Counted from the stretch's first letter, positions 44,136 through 54,236 are shown. The stretch is DNA of 64,000 nt from an uncultured Chloroflexia bacterium (GCA_963700555.1 CAVOXZ010000016.1:41891-105890); one strand, 5' to 3'. A program made the numbers and translations. The notes: generated by a model from the letters alone, not told the origin.

Positions 44136-44992
44136 GGGAGGATCTTCTCGATCGGCAGCACGAGGATCCCCGAGGCTCCTGCCGCCTTCAGCCGCGGCAG
44201 CAGGCCCCAGACCTCGTCGGCGCCCACGACCGAGTGGATCGCGATCATCCCCTGGTGCGCCAGCGGGATCACCGACGGGGATTCGAGGCCCGGCAGCAGG
44301 TCCTCGAGCTCGGCGAGCTTGCCCGAGGGTGCGTTCATCATCAGGTACTTGCGTCCGCGGGCCGCGATGACCGAGCCGAGCATCGTCGAGATGCTGTCCA
44401 GCTCCTCCGCGCGCTCGCGGGTCGCCTGCGCGTTGGTCACGAGGATCGCCTCGGACGCCAGCAGGTCACCGATCGTGCGCAGGCCGTTCATCGCCAGCGT
44501 GGAGCCCGTGGACACCAGGTCGACGATGGCATCGGCGAGCCCGAGACGGGGGGCCACCTCGACCGCGCCCGAGAGCGAGATCACCTCCACGGGGATCGCC
44601 TGCTCGGCGAAGAAGCGGCGGGTGACGTTCGGGTGCGAGGTGGCGATGCGGGTGCCCGCGAGGTCCGCGATGGACTCGTAGGGGGCATCGGCCGGAGCCG
44701 CGGCCGCGAGGCGGCAGCGCCCGAACCCGAGCCGGCGGAGCACGGGCAGGTCGATCCCGGTCTCGGCGAGGATGTCGCCCCCGGTGATGCCGGCGTCCGC
44801 CACCGAGTCGTTGACGAACTCGATCACGTCAGCGGTCCGGACGAACAGGATGTCGAGCGGATGGTTCTGGACGCGGGCGACCAGGCTCCGGTCGTGCTCC
44901 TCGAACACCAGGCCCGCGTCGTGCAGGAGCGAGAGCGTGGAGTCGAGCAGCCGCCCCTTGTTGGGGATGGCGAGGCGGAGGCGCTCCCTCAT
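44132..44992 (-). CDS. hisG: ATP phosphoribosyltransferase, long form
   Basis: AIPNKGRL, AGITGGD, IATSHP, GAVEVAP.LGLADAIVDLVSTGSTL; C-terminal regulatory domain LPGLESPSV. Confidence 0.96.
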   Translation of the reverse strand: MRERLRLAIPNKGRLLDSTLSLLHDAGLVFEEHDRSLVARVQNHPLDILFVRTADVIEFVNDSVADAGITGGDILAETGIDLPVLRRLGFGRCRLAAAAPADAPYESIADLAGTRIATSHPNVTRRFFAEQAIPVEVISLSGAVEVAPRLGLADAIVDLVSTGSTLAMNGLRTIGDLLASEAILVTNAQATRERAEELDSISTMLGSVIAARGRKYLMMNAPSGKLAELEDLLPGLESPSVIPLAHQGMIAIHSVVGADEVWGLLPRLKAAGASGILVLPIEKILP

Positions 44993-45327
44993 CGCTCGCT
45001 GCCGAGGGGGTAGGGGACGGAACCCTCCGCGCCCCTGAAGCGCTCGAGCATGTCCCGGTAGCCACCCTCGCCGTGGTTGAGCCAGGAGGCGATCCGGGTG
45101 ATCGTCGCGGTGCTGGCTCCCGTCCGCTTGCTGATCTCCGCGTAGTGCATCCCCGCGTCGAGGAGCCGGACCACCGCCCAGCGCTGGGCCATGTCATGGA
45201 TCTCGCCCAGGGTGCACAGGTCGCGCAGGAATCGTTCCGCCGCATCCCGATCGTCGAGGCGCAGGATCGCCTCGACTAGTGCGTCCGTGTCCTGGGTCCG
45301 CCAGTTGTCAGCCACGATCCGTCCCAT
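44989..45327 (-). CDS. TrpR-like YerC/YecD family repressor (candidate HisR)
   Basis: FLRDLCT..EI..MAQRW.V..LL..G..Y.EI...TGASTATITRI...L..GEGGY; first gene of his operon. Confidence 0.88.
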   Translation of the reverse strand: MGRIVADNWRTQDTDALVEAILRLDDRDAAERFLRDLCTLGEIHDMAQRWAVVRLLDAGMHYAEISKRTGASTATITRIASWLNHGEGGYRDMLERFRGAEGSVPYPLGSER

Positions 45328-45372
45328 CCTCCGCCATTCCCCCGCGTATGATCCGCGTTGACCCTGCTGCCA

Positions 45373-45405
45373 TGCTAGCGTATTAGCGTGCTACAACGCT
45401 AGCAC
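45373..45405. promoter_or_regulatory. Palindromic, tandem operator between divergent his transcription units
   Basis: TGCTAGCGT-N14-ACGCTAGCA inverted repeat, made of four 8-bp units GCTAGCGT ATTAGCGT GCTACAAC GCTAGCAC. Confidence 0.65.
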
Positions 45406-45425
45406 ACATGGGAGGATGCGGCGAG

Positions 45426-46181
45426 TTGTCAACGTTCGAGCTTCTGCCGGCGATCGATCTGCTCGGTGGGCGAGTGGTCCGCCTGCGCCGGGGGGACTTC
45501 GCCCAGGCGACGACGTACGGGTCCGATCCAGCGTCCGTGGCAAGCGAGTTCGCGGCTTCCGGCGCGACCTGGCTTCACGTCGTGGACCTCGATGGCGCAA
45601 GGGTGGGGGAGCCGCAGCAGCTGCAGCCCATCGCGGATGTCGTGGCCGAGGTCATCGGCCGGGCGCACGTGGAGGTCGGCGGCGGGCTGCGAACTGCGGC
45701 GGCCGTCGCCCGAGTGCTCGCGACGGGCGCGACGCGCGCCGTCGTCGGCACGGCGGCGCTGCGTGACCCAGGGTTCGCCGCCGAGCTCGTCGCTCGCCAC
45801 GGACCCGACCGGATCGTGGTCGCCATCGACGTCCGAGATGGGCAGGCCCTTGGTGAGGGGTGGCGCGAGGGCGCCCGGGGGCTGCCGGCAGCGGACGCCG
45901 TGGGCCTGCTCGCGGATGTCGGCGTCGAGACCTTCGAGGTGACGGCCATCGACCGCGACGGCCTGATGGAAGGTCCCGACCTGGCCCTGCTGCGAGCGCT
46001 GGTCGCCCTTGATCGCGGGCGCGTCATCGCGTCAGGCGGCGTGAGCTCCATCGAGGATGTGCTGGCCGCCCGGGCCATCGGGTGCGCTGGTGCGATCATC
46101 GGCCGGGCCCTGTACGAGGGGCAGCTTGAGGTCAGCCGGATCCTGGCCGCGCTCGATCCGGCCGCAAGCTCAGGAGGCTGA
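45426..46181 (+). CDS. hisA: ProFAR isomerase
   Basis: LPAIDL.GGRVVRL..G, LHVVDLDGA, VGGGLR, TAIDRDG, IASGGVSS, GRALY; TTG start after GGAGG. Confidence 0.94.
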   Translation: MSTFELLPAIDLLGGRVVRLRRGDFAQATTYGSDPASVASEFAASGATWLHVVDLDGARVGEPQQLQPIADVVAEVIGRAHVEVGGGLRTAAAVARVLATGATRAVVGTAALRDPGFAAELVARHGPDRIVVAIDVRDGQALGEGWREGARGLPAADAVGLLADVGVETFEVTAIDRDGLMEGPDLALLRALVALDRGRVIASGGVSSIEDVLAARAIGCAGAIIGRALYEGQLEVSRILAALDPAASSGG

Positions 46182-46186
46182 ACCGG

Positions 46187-46441
46187 ATGAACAGGCGTCA
46201 CATCCGCCGCGCCGTGGTCGCCCTCGCGCTGCTCGCGCTTGCCGTGGCCGTCGCATTTGCCGTCATGGCCCTCGAGGCGATCGCGGGGAACCGGATCCTC
46301 ACGGCGACCATCGGCGAGGAGGGGATCGTCGCGATCGACGACACGCTTCCCTGGAACGTGACGATGGGTGCCATCTACCTGACCGGGTTCGCCGCCGGCC
46401 TGCTCACGTTCGTAGCCGGCTGGCGCCGTCTCGGACGATGA
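46187..46441 (+). CDS. Small hypothetical two-TM protein
   Basis: GGAGG upstream, ATG 5 nt after hisA stop, two hydrophobic helices. Confidence 0.55.
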   Translation: MNRRHIRRAVVALALLALAVAVAFAVMALEAIAGNRILTATIGEEGIVAIDDTLPWNVTMGAIYLTGFAAGLLTFVAGWRRLGR

Positions 46442-46512
46442 CCGAGCGTCCGCGCCGGGCTGGCGGAGCCCGCCCGGCGGGCGTTGCCGTCGAGGAACGC
46501 TCCGCCTCTGCC

Positions 46513-48588
46513 TCAGTGGCCCTCGGCCAGCTCCTTCTTGTGGGTCTCGATGATCTTCTCCGCCAGGTGCGAGGGAACGTCCTCGTAGTGGTCCAGCGTT
46601 GCGCTGAACGTCCCCCGCCCGCCGGTCAGCGAGCGCAGCTCGGTCGCGTACGAGAACAGCTCCGCCTGCGGCACGTGGGCCGAGATGACCTGCATCCCGT
46701 CGGCGAGGTCCATGCCCAGCACGCGTCCCCGGCGGCCGTTGAGGTCGCGGTTGACCTCGCCCATGTACTGCTCCGGGATCCTGACCTCGACGGTCATGAT
46801 CGGCTCGAGCAGCACCGGCTTCGCCTGGAGGACGCCATCCTTGAGCGCCATCGATGCCGCGATCTTGAACGACAGCTCGTTCGAGTCCACCTGGTGGAAC
46901 GAGCCGTCGTAGAGGGTGGCCTTGAAGTCGATCAGCGGGTAGCCGGCGAGGACGCCCTCCGCGGCCGTCTCGCGGACGCCCTTCTCGATGCCCGGGAAGA
47001 AGCCCCTCGGCACGGCACCGCCGACCACGCGCTCGGCGAACTCGACGCCGGCGGCAGGGTTGGGCTCGAGCTCGAGCCACACGTCACCGAACATCCCGTG
47101 GCCACCGGTCTGCTTCTTGTAGCGTCCGTGCACCTGGGTCTTGCCCCGGATGGTCTCGCGATAGGGGACCCTGGGCGTGCGGGTGGCGATGGCGGCCCCG
47201 AACTTGCGCTTGAGCCGCTCGCAGATGACGGTGACGTGGGCCTCGCCGATCGCGCGCAGGATCTGCTCGCCAGTCTCGGATCGCTCGACCCGTGCCGTCG
47301 GCTCCTCCTCGAGCATCCGCTGGAGCGCCGGTCCCATCTTGTCCAGGTCTCCCTTGGACACGGGGTCGATCGCGACCTGGAGCGTGGGCTCCGGGAACAC
47401 CAGTGGCGGCAGGCGAAGCCCGAGCTCGGATGACGACAGGGTGTCGCCCGTCTCGGTGACACCCAGCTTGGCGACGGCACCGATCTCGCCCGCAAGCAGC
47501 TCCGGGGTCGGCTCCTGCTCCTTGCCGTGGAGGTAGAGCAGCTGGCCGACGCGCTCGTCCTCGCCCTTGACCGAGTTGTGGACGGACCCCTGGCTCTTGA
47601 GCGTGCCGGCCAGGACCCTCAGGTACGTGAGCCTGCCGACGTAGGGATCGGCGGAGGTCTTGAACACGCGCACCAGCAGCTGGTCGCCGGCCACGTCGAC
47701 CGACACGTCCTTGCCGGCCTTGTTGGTCGCGGCGTGCGGACCCTCCTCGTCCGGCGAGGGCAGATACCGCGCCATCGCGTCGAGGAGCGCGCCGAGACCG
47801 ATGCCCTTCGCGCCCGAGGCCACCAGGACCGGCGCCAGGATCGACTCCCGGACCCCCTTGTGGAGGCACGCGTCCAGCTCGGCGTCCGAGATCTCCTCCT
47901 CGCCGAGGTACTTCTCGAACACGTCGTCGTCGGCCTCGGCCGCCGCCTCGAGCAGCTGGTCCCGGCGGAACGCCACCTCGTCCGCGAGCTCGTCCGGGAT
48001 GGGGATCTCGACATCCGTGGTGCCATCGAACCGGTAGGCCTTGCGATGGACCAGGTCCACGTAGCCGGTGAACGTGTCCGCGGCGCCGATGGCGATGTGC
48101 AGCGGGGCGATCTTGTTGCCGAACGCCGCCCGCAGGGCATCGAGGGCAGCCGCCGGGTCGGCGTTCTCCCGGTCGCACTTGTTGAGCACGAAGCAGGCTG
48201 CGGTCCCGGTGTCCCTCCCGGTCCGGACGGCCGTCTCGAGCCCGGCCTCGACGCCACCCGAGGCATCCATCACGAACAGCGCGGCATCGGCGGCGTGGAA
48301 GCCCTGGATCATCTCGGCCACGAAGTCCGGGTAGCCCGGCGTGTCGACGATGGTGATCTCGTACTCGCCGTGCTCGAAGGTGCCGACCGCCAGGCTCAAC
48401 GACCGGTTCTGCTTCTGCTCCTCGGGCTCGTAGTCGAGGTGCGCGGTGCCATCGTCCACCCGGCCCATGCGCGGGATCGCGCCGGCTCGAAAGAGCACCT
48501 GCTCCGCAAGCGTCGTCTTCCCGCTCCCGGCATGGCCGGCGAGCACGACGCTGCGGATGTGGGCGAGGTCGTGGCTCTTCAACGTCAT
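46513..48588 (-). CDS. Elongation factor G-like protein (EF-G2 type)
   Basis: GHAGSGKTT, DTPGYPDF, NKCD, YRETI, KKQTGGHG, DGSFHQVDS; lacks RGITI; not in the str operon. Confidence 0.9.
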   Translation of the reverse strand: MTLKSHDLAHIRSVVLAGHAGSGKTTLAEQVLFRAGAIPRMGRVDDGTAHLDYEPEEQKQNRSLSLAVGTFEHGEYEITIVDTPGYPDFVAEMIQGFHAADAALFVMDASGGVEAGLETAVRTGRDTGTAACFVLNKCDRENADPAAALDALRAAFGNKIAPLHIAIGAADTFTGYVDLVHRKAYRFDGTTDVEIPIPDELADEVAFRRDQLLEAAAEADDDVFEKYLGEEEISDAELDACLHKGVRESILAPVLVASGAKGIGLGALLDAMARYLPSPDEEGPHAATNKAGKDVSVDVAGDQLLVRVFKTSADPYVGRLTYLRVLAGTLKSQGSVHNSVKGEDERVGQLLYLHGKEQEPTPELLAGEIGAVAKLGVTETGDTLSSSELGLRLPPLVFPEPTLQVAIDPVSKGDLDKMGPALQRMLEEEPTARVERSETGEQILRAIGEAHVTVICERLKRKFGAAIATRTPRVPYRETIRGKTQVHGRYKKQTGGHGMFGDVWLELEPNPAAGVEFAERVVGGAVPRGFFPGIEKGVRETAAEGVLAGYPLIDFKATLYDGSFHQVDSNELSFKIAASMALKDGVLQAKPVLLEPIMTVEVRIPEQYMGEVNRDLNGRRGRVLGMDLADGMQVISAHVPQAELFSYATELRSLTGGRGTFSATLDHYEDVPSHLAEKIIETHKKELAEGH

Positions 48589-48761
48589 CGCGCGCGGTTC
48601 CTCTCGGTAAAGTCCCCCGTGAGGCCGGCAGCCCGGCCGCGACGGGGCGGTTGGCGCTGGTGCGCAGTTGGCGACGCCCGGTCCTCCGGTGCCGGCAGGT
48701 GACGCCCGGATGCCGGTCCGACGGACGTTCTCCCCGATGTTAGCGGGTATACTCCCGCCCG

Positions 48762-49511
48762 ATGTCCGGACACTCCAAATGGTCGACGATCAAGCGCCAG
48801 AAAGGCGCCAACGACGCCAAGCGCGGCGCGATGTTCACGAAAGTCGCGCGCGAGGTTGCCGTGGCCGCCCGCGCGGGCGGCGGCGACCCGGATGCCAACT
48901 ACCGGCTGCGGCTGGCCATCGACAAGGCACGCTCGATCAACATGCCCGCGGACAACATCAAGCGAGCGATCGAGAAGGCGACCGGCGGTGGCGAGGCCGA
49001 GCAATACGAGGAGATCGTCTACGAGGGCTACGGTCCCGGCGGCGTGGCGGTCCTCGTCGAGGCGGCCACCGACAACCGCAACCGGACCGCGGCCGAGGTC
49101 CGCTCGATCTTCGCCAAGACCGGTGGCCAGCTTGCCGGCTCCGGCGCCGTGGCGTGGCAGTTCGAGGTTCGGGGCCTGATCACGGTGGACCGTGGCGCCG
49201 TGGACCCGGACGAGGTCGCGCTCGCGGCCATCGACGCCGGCGCGGCCGACATCGACACCGAGACCGACCCGGTCGAGATCTACACGGAGCCCTCGGAGCT
49301 GTATGCCGTCCGCAAGTCGCTCGAGGACGCGGGGATCACGATCGACGACGCGGAATCCGCGATGATCGCCAAGCAGACGGTGAGCCTTGACGCGGACCAT
49401 GTCCGCAAGGCCCTGCGCCTGGTCGAGATGCTCGAGGACCTCGACGACGTCCAGCGGGTCACGACCAACGTCGACATCCCCGAGGACGTCCTGGCCGAGA
49501 TGGCCGGGTGA
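48762..49511 (+). CDS. yebC: YebC/PmpR family protein
   Basis: MSGHSKWSTIKRQK, NMPADNIKRAI, YEGYGPGG, TDNRNRT, LEDLDDVQ. Confidence 0.96.
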   Translation: MSGHSKWSTIKRQKGANDAKRGAMFTKVAREVAVAARAGGGDPDANYRLRLAIDKARSINMPADNIKRAIEKATGGGEAEQYEEIVYEGYGPGGVAVLVEAATDNRNRTAAEVRSIFAKTGGQLAGSGAVAWQFEVRGLITVDRGAVDPDEVALAAIDAGAADIDTETDPVEIYTEPSELYAVRKSLEDAGITIDDAESAMIAKQTVSLDADHVRKALRLVEMLEDLDDVQRVTTNVDIPEDVLAEMAG

Positions 49512-50170
49512 TCGTGCTCGGGATCGACCCCGGGACGGCCGCCATGGGCTACGGGATCGTGGAGCGGACGGGCGGCAGCCTGCGGGCGGTGGACTATGGG
49601 TGCCTCGTCACCAGTCCGGACCTCGACCTGCCGGAGCGCCTGCGCCGGATCCACGCCCAGGTCGTCGAGCTCATCGAGACGCACCACCCCGACCTCGTGG
49701 GCGTGGAGCGCCTGTTCTTCTCCCGGAACGCACAGACGGCGTTCGCGGTCGGCCAGGCCCGGGGCGTCGTGCTCCTCGCGGCGGCGCAGGCGGGGGTGCC
49801 CGTCCGCGAGGCCACGCCCAACGAGGTCAAGGTCGGCGTGACCGGGTACGGCGCCGCCGACAAGGCCCAGGTCGGCAGGATGGTCGCCGTGATCCTCCAG
49901 CTCGTCGACGTGCCGACACCCGACGACACCTCCGATGCGCTCGCGACCGCCATCTGCATCGCCAACGCGGAGCGACCGGGGGTGCAGGGTGGCGTCCCGG
50001 CAACGGCAAGGGCGGGCGTCATGGACCGGGCAGCCGTGGCGCCGATCGTGCGCGGCGAGACCCCATACGAGCGGTCCGTCCGCGAGGCGATCGCCCGCGA
50101 GGCCAACGCGAGCGCGAAGCCCGGCCGCAAGGCCGCCACGCCCCGGGCACCGGCCCGGCGTGCGTCCTAG
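49508..50170 (+). CDS. ruvC: Holliday junction resolvase
   Basis: LGIDPG, VERLFF, VGQARGV, GYGAADKAQV, PDDTSDALA. Confidence 0.95.
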   Translation: MIVLGIDPGTAAMGYGIVERTGGSLRAVDYGCLVTSPDLDLPERLRRIHAQVVELIETHHPDLVGVERLFFSRNAQTAFAVGQARGVVLLAAAQAGVPVREATPNEVKVGVTGYGAADKAQVGRMVAVILQLVDVPTPDDTSDALATAICIANAERPGVQGGVPATARAGVMDRAAVAPIVRGETPYERSVREAIAREANASAKPGRKAATPRAPARRAS

Positions 50171-50185
50171 CCGGGAGCCCGCTGG

Positions 50186-50779
50186 GTGATCGCCTCGGTC
50201 GACGGCGTGGTCGCCGCCATCGCGGCCGATTCGCTCGTGGTCGAGGTCGGCGGCATCGGCTACCGGGTGTTCACCGCGCCGGCCGTCATCGCGGGCGCGG
50301 CTCCCGGCAGCCGCCTCAAGCTCCACACGTATCACCTCGTGCGCGAGGACCAGCAGGCGCTGTTCGGCTTCCGGACCTCCGAGGAGCTCGGGTTCTTCAA
50401 CCTGCTGCTCACGGTGACCGGCGTCGGACCCAAGGTGGCGCTCGCGATCGTCGGCTCACGGCCCACCGCGGACCTCCAGCTCGCGATCCTGCAGCAGGAC
50501 CAGGCGGTGCTGGTCTCGATCCCGGGCATCGGCAAGAAGCTGGCCGAGCGGATCATCTTCGAGCTCAAGGAGAAGGTCTCGGCCGCCGGGATCGCCGCCG
50601 GCACGTCCGCCGCCGTCTCGACCGCCTCGGAGGGCGAGGTCGTCGGGGCGCTCCAGGCGCTCGGCTATTCGCTGGGGGAAGCGCGCGAGGCCTCGCGGCT
50701 CGCCCTCCAGGACGCCGGCGTCGGGGCGGGGCTCGAGGAGCGCGTCAAGGCGGCCCTGCGAACGCTGCTGCGGGACTGA
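50186..50779 (+). CDS. ruvA: Holliday junction branch migration protein
   Basis: GGIGY, VRED..LFGF, VTGVGPK, IPGIGKKLAERI, ALQALGY. Confidence 0.96.
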   Translation: MIASVDGVVAAIAADSLVVEVGGIGYRVFTAPAVIAGAAPGSRLKLHTYHLVREDQQALFGFRTSEELGFFNLLLTVTGVGPKVALAIVGSRPTADLQLAILQQDQAVLVSIPGIGKKLAERIIFELKEKVSAAGIAAGTSAAVSTASEGEVVGALQALGYSLGEAREASRLALQDAGVGAGLEERVKAALRTLLRD

Positions 50780-50789
50780 GCAGCCACCG

Positions 50790-51947
50790 ATGCGGATCGC
50801 CTTCGGCACCAACCCGGCCTACGGCCACGTCCTGCCGCTGCTGCCGCTCGCGCTCGCCGCGCGGGACGCCGGCCACGAGATCGCCGTGATCGGGGGCGCC
50901 AGCATCGGACCGGTGCTCGCCGCGCATGGGATCCGTCACATCGAGGCCGGCCCGGCTGACCTGCCGACGGTGTTTGCCGAGATCGCGGCTGGCGACCTGG
51001 CGGGTCCGCGACTCTCGATCCGGGTCTGGTCGGAGGGGTTCGCGGAGGTCGTCGCCCGGCCGCTCGCCCACGCGCTCTTGGACCTCGCATCGGGGTGGCG
51101 GCCGGATCTCGTGGTCCACGAGGACAGCGAGCAGGGGACGTGGATCGGCGCGGAACGGCTGGGAATCCCGCACATCGCCCTGCAGGCGACGGCCTGGCGG
51201 GGGCCGATGCGCCGGATGAGCGCCGAGCCGGCGGCCCGCATCCGGGCGGAGCTCGGGCTCCCGGCGCAGCCCGCGCTGGATTCGTGGAACCGCTACGGGT
51301 TCCTGACCACGCGCCCGCCGGCCCTCCGCGACCCGGCAGACCCGATGCCGGACGGGACCCTGGAGCTCCGGCCGGTGGCCATGGATGACGACGGCAGCAC
51401 GGCCGCCCCGTGGCTCGGTCGCCCGCCGGCTGGCGACCGCCGGATCGCGGTGACGCTGGGGACCGTGGCCCCCGAGCGCCGGGTCCCCCTGATCACGACC
51501 GTGCTCGACGCGCTCGGGCCGCTCGAGGCCGAGATCGTCGTCGCGCTCGGCCCCGGGCTCGACCCCAACCGGTTCCTGCCCCGCCCCGACCACGTGCGAC
51601 TGGTGAGCTTCGTGCCCATGTCCCGCCTGCTGCCGTCGAGCGACCTCGTGGTCTGTCACGCGGGCTCCGGGACGGTGCTCGCGGCGCTGGCTGCGGGACG
51701 CCCGATGGTGCTGCTGCCCATGGCCGCCGACCAGCCGGCCAACGCCGCCGCGTGCGCGGCCGCGGGCGCCGCCGTGGTCCTCGAGCCCGACCGGTGGGCG
51801 CCGGGCATCATCCGCTCCACCGTCGAGGCCGCCCTCGTGGATCCGGAGCTCGCGCGGGCGGCTGCCGCCGTTCGGGCCGAGATCGAGGCGATGCCCGAAC
51901 CCGCGGCACTGCTCCCGGCGCTCGAGCGGCTCGCCACGGGCGCCTGA
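50790..51947 (+). CDS. GT1 family glycosyltransferase (EryCIII/MGT-like)
   Basis: [13 protein letters not shown]...[23 protein letters not shown]...[18 protein letters not shown]. Confidence 0.85.
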   Translation: MRIAFGTNPAYGHVLPLLPLALAARDAGHEIAVIGGASIGPVLAAHGIRHIEAGPADLPTVFAEIAAGDLAGPRLSIRVWSEGFAEVVARPLAHALLDLASGWRPDLVVHEDSEQGTWIGAERLGIPHIALQATAWRGPMRRMSAEPAARIRAELGLPAQPALDSWNRYGFLTTRPPALRDPADPMPDGTLELRPVAMDDDGSTAAPWLGRPPAGDRRIAVTLGTVAPERRVPLITTVLDALGPLEAEIVVALGPGLDPNRFLPRPDHVRLVSFVPMSRLLPSSDLVVCHAGSGTVLAALAAGRPMVLLPMAADQPANAAACAAAGAAVVLEPDRWAPGIIRSTVEAALVDPELARAAAAVRAEIEAMPEPAALLPALERLATGA

Positions 51948-51954
51948 CGCGTTC

Positions 51955-51966
51955 GAACATCTGTAC
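51955..51966. promoter_or_regulatory. Candidate LexA (SOS) box upstream of ruvB
   Basis: GAAC-ATCT-GTAC, one mismatch from the Gram-positive-type GAAC-N4-GTTC, over the -35 region of a TGcTAGACT promoter. Confidence 0.45.
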
Positions 51967-51999
51967 CAAACAGGCTCCGGACCTGCTAGACTCCGCGCG

Positions 52000-53073
52000 A
52001 TGACGGACGACCCCCTGAGCCTCCTTGCGGCCGGCGCCGCCGACCTCGGCGAGCTCGCCGTGGAAGGCTCCCTGCGCCCCCGGACGCTGGACGAGTACAT
52101 TGGCCAGCGGGACGTCAAGGCGAGCCTCTCCGTGCTGCTCCAGGCGGCCAAGGGGCGGGGAGAGGCGGCCGATCACGTCCTCCTGTACGGGCCACCGGGC
52201 CTGGGCAAGACCACGCTGGCGACGATCATCGCCCGCGAGCTGGGCGTCAACGTGCGGTACACGAGCGGACCGGCTGTCGAGCGGGCAGGGGACCTCGCCG
52301 CCGTCCTCACCGCGCTCGATGACCACGACGTCCTGTTCATCGACGAGATCCACCGGCTCAACCGGGCGGTCGAGGAGATCCTGTACCCGGCGATGGAGGA
52401 CTTCGCCCTCGACGTGATGATCGGCAAGGGCCCCAGCGCGCGAAGCCTGCGCCTGAGCCTCAAGCCGTTCACCGTCGTCGGCGCCACCACCCGCGCCGGC
52501 CGGATCAGCGGCCCGTTGCGGGACCGGTTCGGGATGACCTACCGGCTCGACTTCTACGAGGAGGAGGACCTGACCGCCATCGTGCGCCGCTCGGCCGGGA
52601 TCCTGGGGGTCGAGGTGGACGCGGACGCCGCCCGCCTGATCGCGATGCGCGGCCGGGGCACGCCCCGGATCGTCAACCGGCTGCTGCGCCGGGTCCGCGA
52701 TCACGCGGAGGTCCACGGGGACGGCCGGGTGCACGAGCAGGCCGTGGCCGAGGCGATGACCATCCTCGAGATCGACGACCTCGGCCTCGATGCCACGGAT
52801 CGCAAGCTGCTCGCGGCCATCATCCAGAAGTTCGGGTCTGGGCCGGTGGGGGTCCAGGCGCTGGCCGCCGTCCTGGCCGAGGAGGCCGACACCATCGAGG
52901 ACGTCTACGAGCCGTTCCTGCTGCGCCTCGGCTTCCTGGACCGCACCCCGCAGGGCCGCATCGCGACGGAGGCCGCCCGGGCCCATCTCGCGTCGCTCGG
53001 CTACGAGATCCCGGCTCCGCGCCGGGCGGAGCCCGAGATGCCGGCCCTGTGGGACGACCTGCCGGCCCGCTGA
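52000..53073 (+). CDS. ruvB: Holliday junction branch migration helicase
   Basis: [53 protein letters not shown]. Confidence 0.97.
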   Translation: MTDDPLSLLAAGAADLGELAVEGSLRPRTLDEYIGQRDVKASLSVLLQAAKGRGEAADHVLLYGPPGLGKTTLATIIARELGVNVRYTSGPAVERAGDLAAVLTALDDHDVLFIDEIHRLNRAVEEILYPAMEDFALDVMIGKGPSARSLRLSLKPFTVVGATTRAGRISGPLRDRFGMTYRLDFYEEEDLTAIVRRSAGILGVEVDADAARLIAMRGRGTPRIVNRLLRRVRDHAEVHGDGRVHEQAVAEAMTILEIDDLGLDATDRKLLAAIIQKFGSGPVGVQALAAVLAEEADTIEDVYEPFLLRLGFLDRTPQGRIATEAARAHLASLGYEIPAPRRAEPEMPALWDDLPAR

Positions 53074-53075
53074 AC

Positions 53076-54236
53076 GTGCCCGGCGCCACCCGCTTCGACG
53101 TCCTCGTCCCGCCGCCCGCGGACGGGTCCACGCGCGCGCGCCTGGGCCGTCTCGAGCTGCCGCACGGGGTCGTGGAGACGCCGCAGTTCATGCCCGTCGG
53201 CACCAACGCCACGGTCAAGGCGCTCCACCCCGACGAGGTCTCCGCCGCGGGCGCCTCGATCATCCTCGCCAACACGTACCACCTCTACCTGCGGCCCGGG
53301 CACGAGCGCATCCGGGACCTGGGCGGCCTGCACGCGTTCATGGGCTGGGACGGACCGATCCTGACCGACTCCGGCGGCTACCAGGTCGTGAGCCTCGGTG
53401 ACCTGCGGGTGATCGACGACGGCGGGGTCACGTTCAAGAGCCACCTCGACGGCACCACCCACCGGTTCACGCCGGAGCATTCGATCGCCGTCCAGGAGGC
53501 GCTCGGCCCCGACATCGCCGTCGCCTTCGACCAGCCGGTGTTCCCGAGCTCGCCGCGACCGGTCGTCGAGGATGCGATGCACCGGACCCACCGCTGGGCG
53601 GAGCGCTCGCTCGCCGCGCACACGCGGAGCGACCAGGCCCTGTTCGGGATCGTGCAGGGCGGGCTCGATCCGGCGCTGCGAGAGGAATCCGCGCGGTTCA
53701 TCGCCGCCCTGCCGTTCGACGGCATCAACATCGGCGGGCTGGCGGGTGACGAGACGCCCGAGGAGCGCAACGCCACCCTCGACACGACCGTGTCCTTCCT
53801 CGACGGCGATCCACGGCCCCGCTACCTGATGGGCCTTGGCTCCCCCCTGGACCTGCTCGATGCCGTCCACCGTGGCGTCGACCTGTTCGATTCGGTGCTG
53901 CCGGCCCGCGTCGCGCGCAACGGCCAGCTCTGGGTGCCGGGCGCACGGCTGAACCTGCGCAACACGCAGTACATGGACGACCCCCGGCCCGTCCAGGAGG
54001 GCTGTCCGTGTCCGCTCTGCACCCGGTTCTCGAGGGCGTATCTGAGCCACCTGTTCCGGGCGAAGGAGATGCTGGCGTACCGTCTCGCGACTTGTCACAA
54101 CCTGACCTTCACCCTAGACTTCATGGTCAGGATCCGCGCTGCGCTGCGCACCGGAACCTTCCCCGTCGAGCTGGCCGGATTGCGCTCTCGCGCTGTTCGC
54201 ATGAGTGGCGGCGAAGTGACCGCTAAGCCGGCGTGA
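53076..54236 (+). CDS. tgt: tRNA-guanine(34) transglycosylase
   Basis: [50 protein letters not shown]. Confidence 0.95.
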   Translation: MPGATRFDVLVPPPADGSTRARLGRLELPHGVVETPQFMPVGTNATVKALHPDEVSAAGASIILANTYHLYLRPGHERIRDLGGLHAFMGWDGPILTDSGGYQVVSLGDLRVIDDGGVTFKSHLDGTTHRFTPEHSIAVQEALGPDIAVAFDQPVFPSSPRPVVEDAMHRTHRWAERSLAAHTRSDQALFGIVQGGLDPALREESARFIAALPFDGINIGGLAGDETPEERNATLDTTVSFLDGDPRPRYLMGLGSPLDLLDAVHRGVDLFDSVLPARVARNGQLWVPGARLNLRNTQYMDDPRPVQEGCPCPLCTRFSRAYLSHLFRAKEMLAYRLATCHNLTFTLDFMVRIRAALRTGTFPVELAGLRSRAVRMSGGEVTAKPA

